Of a stretch of 32,000 nucleotides of DNA, positions 7,130 through 15,729 are shown one piece after another; position 1 is the stretch's first letter; the number at the start of each line of letters is the position of its first letter. Location of the stretch: sequence record OP380596.1. One strand, 5' to 3'. This DNA comes from Aeromonas phage avDM4. Below the pieces are notes generated by a model, which saw only the letters and a list, made by a program, of their open reading frames with translations, had not been told where the DNA came from and searched no databases. A program made the translations under genes and the position numbers.

Positions 7130-8188
7130 ATGGTTTATAATTATGATCGTGCTGTTGTTATTGGCCGCTTTTCCAGCTTTTTCCACCGTGGACACGAAAT
7201 GCTGATTTATAAAGCGCTTCAAACTGCCGAAACTGTTGCTGTTGTCTTCGGGTCATCCCATTGTTATCCAAACACGGTCAACCCGCTTCCAACACCGGTT
7301 CGAATCAGAATGTTCAAAGAATGGATGAGTAACAATCTCACTCCTAGCGAACAGGCCAGGATTGTTTTCGGTAATGTTCCTGACTACCGTTATAACGAAG
7401 ATCGTTGGCAAACAGAAGTTCGTGAGGCCGCGCAAGAGAAACCGGGTGAGCGGGTTGCGATGATTGCATACGATAAGGATGAAGAGTCTTATTGGATCAA
7501 AACCTTTGGATGGGACCATATTCAATGCATGGGCGTTCAGAATCACGGAAAAGACATCTCAAATACCCCAATGCGTGATGAATTTCTTCGAACCGGTTCT
7601 ATCCATGACGATTTCCCTATCAATCCATCAGTGCGGTCATTTCTTTTGAAATTTTGGAATACTGAAGGTTCCGAAATACGTAACCGTTTGATGGAAGAAC
7701 GTGCGATGTGGGACAATGAACTTTCAAAGTTTAAAGATTATCCATACGCCGATGCTCTCAACTGCAATACTGCTGATGCTGTAGTAACTTGCAACAACCA
7801 CATTCTGGTTATTAGCCGCAAACATGCTCCAGGCAAAGGCGCTCTTGCTCTCCCAGGTGGTCACAAGAATTCCAATGAGACCTTCCGCGATTGTGCAATT
7901 CGCGAATTGTACGAAGAAGTTCGGATTGATGTCGATCGTCAAAAAATCATCGGGTCTATAAAAGCTCACGAAGTATTTGATCACCCAAAGAGAACGGCAG
8001 AGTTCTGCAAACCGACGGTTGCTTATTATATCGTACTTCAACCCAATGATGACGGTAGTTTGCCCGAAGTTCGTGCTGACGATGATGCAAAAGCAGCATT
8101 TTGGATGCCAATGCACGAATACAAGAGAAATCGGGCCCGTATGTTTGACGATCATGCTGAAATCATTTCACGCTTCACTGGTATATAG
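7130..8188 (+). CDS. nadM: Bifunctional nicotinamide-nucleotide adenylyltransferase / Nudix hydrolase
   Basis: GRFSSFFHRGHEML nucleotidylyltransferase motif; SSFMHDD-like ISNTPMRDEFLRTGS; C-terminal Nudix box GGHKNSNETFRDCAIRELYEEV. Confidence 0.9.
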   Translation: MVYNYDRAVVIGRFSSFFHRGHEMLIYKALQTAETVAVVFGSSHCYPNTVNPLPTPVRIRMFKEWMSNNLTPSEQARIVFGNVPDYRYNEDRWQTEVREAAQEKPGERVAMIAYDKDEESYWIKTFGWDHIQCMGVQNHGKDISNTPMRDEFLRTGSIHDDFPINPSVRSFLLKFWNTEGSEIRNRLMEERAMWDNELSKFKDYPYADALNCNTADAVVTCNNHILVISRKHAPGKGALALPGGHKNSNETFRDCAIRELYEEVRIDVDRQKIIGSIKAHEVFDHPKRTAEFCKPTVAYYIVLQPNDDGSLPEVRADDDAKAAFWMPMHEYKRNRARMFDDHAEIISRFTGI

Positions 8189-8197
8189 GACGCAATT

Positions 8198-8551
8198 GTG
8201 GAAAATGTAAAATATCGATTTAAAGAGTACAGTCGTGTTTCGTCTTTTGTTAATAGCAGTGACACGAATATGAAAATTTATCGCGAACTAAACGGTAAAG
8301 ATTTTTTCCTTAAAGAAGGATACGCATCCGGTGAATATCGTGCAATGGATATTCATGGCGAGCGCATCGGATCCGGCAGACGCTACGATTTTACCGAAAT
8401 GGAAGTTAGTACATATTTGGAAATCGCAGGTGAGACTAAAGATTCGCTGGATTGTACTATTTCTTATCTTCATGACTGGGCCGTTAGACACGCTCTAACT
8501 AATTTGCCTGTTGAAAAAGTTGTGGCAATGTACAAAATTTTTACGCAGTAA
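8198..8551 (+). CDS. Hypothetical protein, paralog of the following gene
   Basis: GTG start with GGA upstream; YRAMDIHGERIGSGRRYDFTEMEVSTYLE...EKVVAMYKI. Confidence 0.7.
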   Translation: MENVKYRFKEYSRVSSFVNSSDTNMKIYRELNGKDFFLKEGYASGEYRAMDIHGERIGSGRRYDFTEMEVSTYLEIAGETKDSLDCTISYLHDWAVRHALTNLPVEKVVAMYKIFTQ

Positions 8552-8554
8552 CGT

Positions 8555-8600
8555 TTTACAATGGGATTAACTTGATTTATAATTTTCATGTTAATCCCAT
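8555..8600 (+). promoter_or_regulatory. Early-type promoter with palindrome over the -10
   Basis: TTTACA (8555-8560), 17 nt, TATAAT (8578-8583); ATGGGATTAAC (8561-8571)/GTTAATCCCAT (8590-8600). Confidence 0.8.
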
Positions 8601-8618
8601 CTCAGACGGAGAAATATC

Positions 8619-8981
8619 ATGAACACTGCAAACAAGTTGTATCGATTCATAACCGACGCTGACAAAATTGACGAATTCATCAATGACCTGAATACAAATA
8701 AGCGAATTTATGAAGCTCTTAAAGATACGAATTTTGCGTTGAAACTAACAGCAACTTCTTCGGTTCATTACATCGCCGTTGATATCTATGGCGACCGAAT
8801 CGTCGACGAATTCGATTACGACTTCAATGAAACTGAAGTAAAACTTTTCCTTGACACCATTGAACATACCGAGCAGCCAATTGATGCTTCAGCACTGATC
8901 GACTGGGTTAAAGCCCATAATCATGGTGACTTGCAATTTGATAAAGTCATTGCAATGTACAACATTGCCAAAGGAGAATAA
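8619..8981 (+). CDS. Hypothetical protein, paralog of the preceding gene
   Basis: YIAVDIYGDRIVDEFDYDFNETEVKLFLDTIE...FDKVIAMYNI aligns with CDS 8198-8551. Confidence 0.75.
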   Translation: MNTANKLYRFITDADKIDEFINDLNTNKRIYEALKDTNFALKLTATSSVHYIAVDIYGDRIVDEFDYDFNETEVKLFLDTIEHTEQPIDASALIDWVKAHNHGDLQFDKVIAMYNIAKGE

Positions 8982-8983
8982 AA

Positions 8984-9487
8984 ATGAAAGCAATCTGTAT
9001 TCGCAAGAAAATCAAAAAGCAAAAATTTGAGCGCCTTACACCTGGTGATGACGTGCGATATCAAAATGCTCGTTGGGAAGTTGCAACGGTTTGTTGCATC
9101 ACTGAAAATCCAACGATTATTTTACGCAAAAAGATGAGTCGAATTCATGTTATTATCGAACTTGCCACTGATGGCGGTGAAATGTTTTTCCAGTTTAAAG
9201 AAATTTCTCCCGAAGGTATTACCAGCTGGGGTGAAACATCTGAAACTTCTGAAATCAAATTCGTCAGCGGTCATTTCGGTGCGATGAAAGAAAATGAAGA
9301 AACTGTTTACACCCCGATTCAAGTCGGCGACGAATTCATTCACCGCAATCATGACAAACGGTACGTGGTTAAATTCATCGCAGAAGACGGTTCTCTAATT
9401 GCTTGGGATTCTGATTATCATAGGTCAGTTTTCGTTAACCGTAACGATCGTGATCAACTTAAAGCGTATGACATGAAATTGTCTTAA
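8984..9487 (+). CDS. Hypothetical protein
   Basis: 167 aa, GGAG upstream. Confidence 0.75.
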   Translation: MKAICIRKKIKKQKFERLTPGDDVRYQNARWEVATVCCITENPTIILRKKMSRIHVIIELATDGGEMFFQFKEISPEGITSWGETSETSEIKFVSGHFGAMKENEETVYTPIQVGDEFIHRNHDKRYVVKFIAEDGSLIAWDSDYHRSVFVNRNDRDQLKAYDMKLS

Positions 9488-9497
9488 GGCGGAAATT

Positions 9498-10472
9498 ATG
9501 CAAAAAGTAGTTTTTGAGGGCCTTCACGGCTCTCATCTTTACGGTCTCAATACTCCTGAATCTGACCTGGATATGAAAGGCATTTTCATCCCCGATCCCA
9601 AAGATATTCTGCTTGGCCGAGCCAAAAGAAGCTATTCCATCACAACCGGTAACGATAAGTCCAAGAACAGCAAGGATGATATCGATATCGAAATGTTTTC
9701 GCTACAGCAATTCATCCTGGATGCAGCCAAGGGTGAAACCTATGCATTGGATATGTTGCATTCTCCAAAAGACAAAATCATCACTGACTCGTCTGTTTGG
9801 CAATATATCCATCAAAACCGGTCTGCTTTCTACACGACCAATATGACTTCCTATATGGGTTATGTTATGAAGCAAGCGGCAAAATATGGTGTTAAAGGTT
9901 CTCGTTTAGCCGCATTGCGAGAAGTCAAAGAGTTTATGGATGCTCTTCGAATTCATGAAAACCCGAGGCTGAGAGACCTCAAAGTTCCTTTGCCACAAAA
10001 CGAGTTCTGCTTCTGGACTCACATTGAAGAAAATCCCGACACCATGTCGTATTACACCCTAATGGGCCGTAAGTACATGGCTGGTGTTAAGATTGCTGAA
10101 TTCTGCGGGGCAGTCGACAAGCTCTGGGCCGAATACGGCGATCGAGCTCGCAAAGCCGAAGCAAATGAAGGTATCGACTGGAAAGCTCTAAGCCATGCGA
10201 TGCGAGGCGGTCTTCAATTGCTTGAAATTTACAAAACTGGCGATTTGAAGTATCCATTGGCTGATGCTGAAGAAATCAAACTGGTTAAAGCTGGCAAACT
10301 GTCTTTCGCTGTTGTTCAAGAACGCCTCGAAGAAATCATTGAAAATGTTGATGCAGCTGCAAAAGAGGCATCAAAGAACGGAATGTCCGATAAAGTGGAC
10401 ATGAGGCCATGGGAAGCGTTTGTCGAACAAGTTTACGCTGAAGCAATGAAAGAATATCTGGAGAGCAAATAA
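9498..10472 (+). CDS. Predicted nucleotidyltransferase
   Basis: HGSHLYGLNTPESDLDMKGIFI (GS...DxD NTase-fold signature) plus helical C-terminal region. Confidence 0.8.
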   Translation: MQKVVFEGLHGSHLYGLNTPESDLDMKGIFIPDPKDILLGRAKRSYSITTGNDKSKNSKDDIDIEMFSLQQFILDAAKGETYALDMLHSPKDKIITDSSVWQYIHQNRSAFYTTNMTSYMGYVMKQAAKYGVKGSRLAALREVKEFMDALRIHENPRLRDLKVPLPQNEFCFWTHIEENPDTMSYYTLMGRKYMAGVKIAEFCGAVDKLWAEYGDRARKAEANEGIDWKALSHAMRGGLQLLEIYKTGDLKYPLADAEEIKLVKAGKLSFAVVQERLEEIIENVDAAAKEASKNGMSDKVDMRPWEAFVEQVYAEAMKEYLESK

Positions 10473-10717
10473 TGAAATTGGTTCGCTTTAAATTCAAAAG
10501 TAAGGAAATGCTGACTGAGTATACTACTCGGTTCAGGCGCCACATTTGGGCAGTAGGTTTCAGCGCAAACGCAGTTTTTATTGCCAGAATCAACAAACGC
10601 GGTCAAGTTAAAAGTGTTTTCGATGGTAAAACTCTCAAAGAACTTGTTTCTTCGAAAGAAGGTTGGCTTCCTTTTGCCTCCTTTGAGTTTGAAAAGTTTT
10701 GTGAAAAAGTAGACTAA
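10472..10717 (+). CDS. Hypothetical protein (RFK-type N-terminus)
   Basis: 81 aa, TAATG overlap with upstream gene. Confidence 0.7.
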   Translation: MKLVRFKFKSKEMLTEYTTRFRRHIWAVGFSANAVFIARINKRGQVKSVFDGKTLKELVSSKEGWLPFASFEFEKFCEKVD

Positions 10718-10721
10718 ACGG

Positions 10722-10759
10722 TTTACATCGATGGGGCTATGGTTTATGATAGTTCCATC
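10722..10759 (+). promoter_or_regulatory. Early-type promoter with palindrome over the -10
   Basis: TTTACA, 17 nt, TATGAT (10745-10750); GATGGGGCTAT (10730-10740)/ATAGTTCCATC (10749-10759) with two G-T wobbles. Confidence 0.75.
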
Positions 10760-10779
10760 AAATCAACAAGGAGTATGTC

Positions 10780-11031
10780 ATGAAAATCACTAAATCAACT
10801 AACCTGCAATGCATGGATTTCGTCAACCGTGTCGTTGAGGCAGCGACAGAAACCAAAACAGTTAAAATTACTCGATTCGAAACAATTGCTGCCGGTATTA
10901 CCGTAGGAATCGTTGGCGCAGGGGCTGCAATGTGCTTTATTGGCGATATCGATATGGCTCGTAAAATCTTCATTGCTGGTATTATTGCTGGCGCAACTTT
11001 CCTCGTTATGAAAAAGGGACTGATGAAATGA
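10780..11031 (+). CDS. Small membrane protein, about two TM helices
   Basis: IAAGITVGIVGAGAAMCFIG...IFIAGIIAGATFLVM; AAGGAG SD. Confidence 0.75.
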   Translation: MKITKSTNLQCMDFVNRVVEAATETKTVKITRFETIAAGITVGIVGAGAAMCFIGDIDMARKIFIAGIIAGATFLVMKKGLMK

Positions 11032-11342
11032 TTAAAGCTGCTGAAATGGCAAAAATGGTTGCACAGAACTCCACCGAAATCGTCAATTCCGTATCTGTGT
11101 ATTTTGACGATTTCTTCAATGATAATATGAAAGACACAATGATTGTCAAAGGCGGCCATATGTCCGTTGACACGGGCCAATTCTTGCGTTACCTACGCGA
11201 AAAGCAGCCTTTTACTCATTTGCATAATGATGACATTATCAAACGTTTTATTGTAGAACTGCGGGGATTGGGCTATAAAGCAGAACTTGTTTGCCCACCC
11301 ATGAGCCCTGATTATATTTCAGTAGGGTTGGTAACACAATGA
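11028..11342 (+). CDS. Hypothetical protein
   Basis: 104 aa, ATGA overlap. Confidence 0.7.
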   Translation: MIKAAEMAKMVAQNSTEIVNSVSVYFDDFFNDNMKDTMIVKGGHMSVDTGQFLRYLREKQPFTHLHNDDIIKRFIVELRGLGYKAELVCPPMSPDYISVGLVTQ

Positions 11343-11659
11343 TCGAAGTAGATGATTACAAATCGTGGGTATGGATTTCAACAGAAGGCCGCCCACTAGT
11401 ATTGATCGGCTGTGCCGAGTACCCAATCGAAGATATCGTAAACAACGACCATTTCGAGACCCACACAGGTTTGGAAGCTGTTAAGCAGAGGTTTTTGGAT
11501 AATTATGGTCACCATGATGTCGAGATGCTTGAAGAAGAGTTGCCTTGGGTGACCACTGCCCTGAATCATGCTGCAGCCGGAAGGACAATCAGTCGTATTG
11601 GTTTAACTGACCAAACCGGGTTGAATATTATCAATAAAATGTTTGTTCTGGGGTATTGA
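11339..11659 (+). CDS. Hypothetical protein
   Basis: 106 aa, ATGA overlap. Confidence 0.7.
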   Translation: MIEVDDYKSWVWISTEGRPLVLIGCAEYPIEDIVNNDHFETHTGLEAVKQRFLDNYGHHDVEMLEEELPWVTTALNHAAAGRTISRIGLTDQTGLNIINKMFVLGY

Positions 11660-11950
11660 ATGGAACTGAATATCGTAAAGGTGTACTTGGAAAGCAAACT
11701 CCAAGTCGAATCACTCATCGGTAATAAAGTTGGCGAACTTGAAATTTTCGATTCCTATTGGCGGGTGAAGGAAGACTTCATATTTCTGCATGATGCACCG
11801 GGTATTTCCGAAAATGATTGTTCGCTATGCTATGAAATTCTCCGGAAATGTCACGTTTCTGATGAAATCACGGTGTTTATGGTAGACGATTATGTTTCCG
11901 AAAGCGCCAAGGCTATTGTAGTTATGACTAATAAGGAAGACAAATCATGA
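11660..11950 (+). CDS. Hypothetical protein
   Basis: 96 aa, directly abuts neighbours. Confidence 0.7.
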   Translation: MELNIVKVYLESKLQVESLIGNKVGELEIFDSYWRVKEDFIFLHDAPGISENDCSLCYEILRKCHVSDEITVFMVDDYVSESAKAIVVMTNKEDKS

Positions 11951-12618
11951 GTGGAAAATCTACCCTTCGTTCTCAACGTAAACACCAACGCCGACGTCAC
12001 AACGACATTGCGCATGTTCGTAATTTTTTGAACACCTTACAATCTGAACATCATGACCGCGATTGGCTTAATCTGGTTTGCAAAATGTTCAACGTCGAAA
12101 CAACGGCGGTATGGAATAGTAAGTATCAAAAAACTGTTAGGACTCCGGCGTGGTTTTGGTACAAAATTGACCGAATTATGAGAGAAAACCATATTCCACG
12201 CTGTAAAGCCAACGCCGGTATAACCGTATACGCGTATGAGGGAGGTGTCTCGCGAGTTGGTGAATTGGCGTTTTCTACTGACAAAAGCGTATTGATGCTC
12301 GCACGACTTCTTGAAATTGAAATTCATGCAAGAGGAATGACGTTAGTTTTGCCAGTGTTGAATCGCTATCGGAACCGGCGGAATACCGAACTTCGCACAA
12401 AGCGGGTTCATCCTAAGCCTGAAAACATTCATTACGCGACTACCGAAGAGATTGATACCATGAAAGGTAATATCAGCATCGATAAACTGCTAGAAGAAAT
12501 CCCGGCGCTCGAATCACGAATCGACGTTCTTTCTCGCGAACTTGTGCAATTGCAAGATAAGCTCCAAAATACACGTCAAGATGTCCGCGATTATCTTTCG
12601 AAAAAGTACGGTATTTGA
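11947..12618 (+). CDS. Hypothetical protein, basic N-terminus and C-terminal coiled coil
   Basis: 223 aa, ATGA overlap; KSTLRSQRKHQRRRHN N-terminus, LVQLQDKLQNTRQDVRDYL C-terminus. Confidence 0.7.
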   Translation: MSGKSTLRSQRKHQRRRHNDIAHVRNFLNTLQSEHHDRDWLNLVCKMFNVETTAVWNSKYQKTVRTPAWFWYKIDRIMRENHIPRCKANAGITVYAYEGGVSRVGELAFSTDKSVLMLARLLEIEIHARGMTLVLPVLNRYRNRRNTELRTKRVHPKPENIHYATTEEIDTMKGNISIDKLLEEIPALESRIDVLSRELVQLQDKLQNTRQDVRDYLSKKYGI

Positions 12619-12630
12619 TTGAAAAGTTAG

Positions 12631-12668
12631 TGTACAGTGATGGGAACATTGGTTATAATGTTCCCATC
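12631..12668 (+). promoter_or_regulatory. Early-type promoter with palindrome over the -10
   Basis: TGTACA (12631-12636), 17 nt, TATAAT (12654-12659); GATGGGAACAT (12639-12649)/ATGTTCCCATC (12658-12668) perfect. Confidence 0.8.
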
Positions 12669-12691
12669 GGTAAACGAACGGAGTAATTTAA

Positions 12692-12838
12692 ATGTCCATC
12701 AAAACTGCTGCAATCAACATTGGGTACATAGCGTCATTCGCATTGTTTTATTCGATGTATATCGGAAATGCTTATGCCGTTCTCTGGTGTGCAATGGCAG
12801 TTATCGGTTCAACCATTATTACGAGAATTTGCGAATGA
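12692..12838 (+). CDS. 48-aa small membrane protein (not in ORF track)
   Basis: MSIKTAAINIGYIASFALFYSMYIGNAYAVLWCAMAVIGSTIITRICE; GGAG at 12680 area; stop overlaps the next ATG (ATGA). Confidence 0.7.
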   Translation: MSIKTAAINIGYIASFALFYSMYIGNAYAVLWCAMAVIGSTIITRICE

Positions 12839-13491
12839 ATTATTACGCGACAGTTAAGAACTTTTTGGAAAATCGTCGGGATACTTCCGGTAATCGCTTT
12901 AAAACCTATAAGCCTGTAGCTGAACGGCTGGCAAATTATCACCACTTCATGAAGCTGGTAAATGATATTTTGCCGAATTTGATGCCCAGATCGACTCTGG
13001 GTAAACTCAATGGCATCTCCAAAATCAAGCCAAACTACTTTAATGTTGATGCCGAAAACGACGTCACAGTTAAAGGAGTTATTTGGCTCAACACAGTGTT
13101 TGAAGCAGATTGTTTTGCAGCGAGATTAGAACTGCTTAAACACTGCGGGGCTGCTGTAAAAATTGATATTTCTGAAAATGGCAGAAATCAAATAGTCAAA
13201 TTCAGCATCATCTTGAGCGAAATTGAGCACACCGAGCCTGTTGATGAAGATGAAAACAGTGTCGAAGAGGCACGATCGGCAGAACCTGATAATCTCGAAA
13301 CCGAGAAAGAAATTTGTGAAATCATCTTCTTTTCTGAAGAGATCGGAAAAGCTATTCACACAATTCGAGGTGCACTCCACTTTGGCTCTAACCGGTTGAA
13401 AGAAATCGACTGCGAAATCGCCAAGTTGCAAGCACTACGTAAAGAAATCGAAGACAACATGAAAATCATCAAAAACTCAATTAGGGCTTAA
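12835..13491 (+). CDS. Hypothetical protein
   Basis: ATG 12835 (MNYYATVKNFLENRRD...) chosen over the ORF-track start at 12637, which lies inside the promoter/palindrome. Confidence 0.7.
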   Translation: MNYYATVKNFLENRRDTSGNRFKTYKPVAERLANYHHFMKLVNDILPNLMPRSTLGKLNGISKIKPNYFNVDAENDVTVKGVIWLNTVFEADCFAARLELLKHCGAAVKIDISENGRNQIVKFSIILSEIEHTEPVDEDENSVEEARSAEPDNLETEKEICEIIFFSEEIGKAIHTIRGALHFGSNRLKEIDCEIAKLQALRKEIEDNMKIIKNSIRA

Positions 13492-13493
13492 TT

Positions 13494-14972
13494 ATGAATA
13501 TGATTCGTCCACACACCGGCGTGAAAGGTATCCCTCTGATCGCAATGACTGATTCTTACAAAATCACCCATTGGAACCAGATGCCTGACAGTGCCGAAGA
13601 AGCAGTTTTCTACATCGAAGCTCGTGGCGGCAAATTCGATGAAATCGTTATCGGCGGTATTGAATATCTGCTGACCAAATTTACAGAAATCATCACCAAA
13701 GACGATATTGCCGAAATGGATGCCATGAGCAAGGTTCACTTCGGCCAAGACGTATTCAACCGCGAAGGCTGGGAAGCAGTCCGCCAATATCAAGAACAGC
13801 ATGGCTGTCTGCCCATCCAAATTGATGCTGTTCCCGAAGGCACTGTTGTCCCAGTCAAGAACGTTGTGCTGACCGTTCGAGTTAAAGCACCGTTCGTTTG
13901 GTTGGCGGGCTGGTTTGAGCCAATCATTTTGCGAGCTGTTTGGTACACTTCAACTGTTGCCACACTGAGTCGCGAATGTATCAAAACAGTTCGACGCCAT
14001 CTGGTCGAAACTTCCGACCTGGAAGTAGGCAGTCCTGAGTTCAACTTTGTGCTGATGACCCGACTGCACGATTTTGGTTCTCGTGGTGTTAGTTCTGGCG
14101 AATCTGCTGCACTCGGTGGTTGCGCTCATCTGTACAACTCCATGGGTACTGACACTTTCGAGTCGTTGTATTTCGCAAAACAACTGTTTGGCGCCGAAAT
14201 GGCAGGCATCTCTGTACCAGCTCGTGAGCACTCCACCGTAACCTCTTGGGGTGCCGATCGTGAAAAAGACGCCTACCTCAACTCGGTTGAACTCTTTGGC
14301 GCTGGTGCATATTCCATTGTGTATGACTCTACCGATTTCAAGAAGGCAATCCGCGAAATCGAGAGCTATAAGGACAAAGTTATCGCCAAGGGTGGTACTC
14401 TGATCGCTCGGCCAGACAGCGGTGATATGATCGACAATATCAGTTTTGCTCTGGAAACTCTGGGTGAAATCTTCGGTTATGAAACCAACGGCAAGGGCTA
14501 CAAGGTTCTGAATAAGCATTGCCGTATTATTCAAGGTGATGGCATCGACGGTCCCGAAGTTATCGACCGTGTTCTGACTGTTATGAAAGCTCGCGGTTGG
14601 GCTGCAGAGAATATTGCGTTCGGCATGGGTGGTGGTCTTCTGCAAATGGTCAACCGCGACACCTGCAAGTGGGCCATGAAAATGTCTGCCATCAAAATCA
14701 ACGGTGTATGGAAAGACGTATTCAAATGCCCAAAAGGCGCTGAATGGAAAGCTTCCAAGAAAGGTCAGCTTAAGCTGCGAATCATGGATGACGGCCGCTA
14801 TTACACCGAAGGAACTATTGAAGGTGGTCAAATGCTGTACGGCGTAAGCACCAAAGACGGTTTTGTTGAACTTATGTCGAAAGATGCATTCGTCCGGTAT
14901 TATGACGCTGAAAAGGGTCAAAAATTCAAGAGCAATCTGGCTGAAATCCGTCAGCGTACTGCAATTAAATAA
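13494..14972 (+). CDS. nadV: Nicotinamide phosphoribosyltransferase
   Basis: 492 aa; SYKITHWNQMPD, LHDFGSRGVSS, GTDTFESLYFAK, SVPAREHSTVTSWG, LIARPDSGDM, FGMGGGLLQMVNRDTCKWAMK. Confidence 0.95.
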   Translation: MNMIRPHTGVKGIPLIAMTDSYKITHWNQMPDSAEEAVFYIEARGGKFDEIVIGGIEYLLTKFTEIITKDDIAEMDAMSKVHFGQDVFNREGWEAVRQYQEQHGCLPIQIDAVPEGTVVPVKNVVLTVRVKAPFVWLAGWFEPIILRAVWYTSTVATLSRECIKTVRRHLVETSDLEVGSPEFNFVLMTRLHDFGSRGVSSGESAALGGCAHLYNSMGTDTFESLYFAKQLFGAEMAGISVPAREHSTVTSWGADREKDAYLNSVELFGAGAYSIVYDSTDFKKAIREIESYKDKVIAKGGTLIARPDSGDMIDNISFALETLGEIFGYETNGKGYKVLNKHCRIIQGDGIDGPEVIDRVLTVMKARGWAAENIAFGMGGGLLQMVNRDTCKWAMKMSAIKINGVWKDVFKCPKGAEWKASKKGQLKLRIMDDGRYYTEGTIEGGQMLYGVSTKDGFVELMSKDAFVRYYDAEKGQKFKSNLAEIRQRTAIK

Positions 14973-14978
14973 TCATTC

Positions 14979-15004
14979 AAATGCCCTCCGAAGAGGGCAT
15001 TTGT
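14979..15004 (+). terminator. Intrinsic terminator after nadV
   Basis: CAAATGCCCTC-CGAA-GAGGGCATTTG, 11 bp stem. Confidence 0.8.
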
Positions 15005-15017
15005 CATTGGAGAAATC

Positions 15018-15278
15018 ATGATCAACAAAATTATCAAGTGGTATGAGCAAGAATGGCTGTACAAAAAGAAAATAATCTATGAATGGGAAAATTCATACCT
15101 GGTAAAATATTTTTCGATTGACGGAGAATTCGGACATATTCCATCATATTGGGGCCAAATGTATGATGGATATAAGTTAAATCGTTTACGACTCTTTATT
15201 GTTTCTATTGAATGGGGTCATATCGTTATGTCAAAAGCGGAGTGGGAAAGTAATGCAAATCAAACTGACAAGAAATGA
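15018..15278 (+). CDS. Hypothetical protein
   Basis: 86 aa with GGAG SD. Confidence 0.65.
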   Translation: MINKIIKWYEQEWLYKKKIIYEWENSYLVKYFSIDGEFGHIPSYWGQMYDGYKLNRLRLFIVSIEWGHIVMSKAEWESNANQTDKK

Positions 15279-15438
15279 ATTCAAAAAAGCTCTAGAAAAT
15301 AATGACCAATGCAAATATCCGCTGCACAATGAAACAATCAGCCAATTGCGTTCAGTTTTTTCTGTCCCGCAAGTTGAATACGTTTATTTGTCATTTCAAG
15401 AATATCAATCCATTTTACCCATAATCCCTGCAATGTGA
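15253..15438 (+). CDS. Hypothetical small protein
   Basis: ATG 15253 (MQIKLTRNEFKKALENNDQ...), overlaps end of previous CDS. Confidence 0.6.
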   Translation: MQIKLTRNEFKKALENNDQCKYPLHNETISQLRSVFSVPQVEYVYLSFQEYQSILPIIPAM

Positions 15439-15675
15439 ATGTGTATGCACATACATAACCATGCCAAAGAATTCACCAGAGTGATAGGTGGCAATATCAG
15501 AGTTAATCTTTTGTCAACAGATCACGAACAAATCAAAAACACGATCTATTGGGCATTTCCTGATATAGAAGAAGTTGAAATTGGAAATTCAAAATATTTT
15601 GTCCAAGGCGGCAAAATATTCAATGCAACAATAGACTACAATGCCAAACAGGTTATAATGGTTAAGGAAAAATAA
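15439..15675 (+). CDS. Hypothetical small protein
   Basis: 78 aa ORF directly downstream. Confidence 0.55.
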   Translation: MCMHIHNHAKEFTRVIGGNIRVNLLSTDHEQIKNTIYWAFPDIEEVEIGNSKYFVQGGKIFNATIDYNAKQVIMVKEK

Positions 15676-15729
15676 AGAATTTATTGTGACTATGATATGA
15701 ATTAAATAAGAGCATATGGAGGAATCTTT

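Noticed and set aside
12637-12834. N-terminal extension of the 12637-13491 ORF
   Set aside because: It begins inside a promoter/palindrome and overlaps a better-supported 48-aa gene; the coupled ATG at 12835 is preferred.
13950-14921. 323-aa minus-strand ORF
   Set aside because: Shadow of nadV, no recognisable motifs, no minus-strand promoter/SD evidence.
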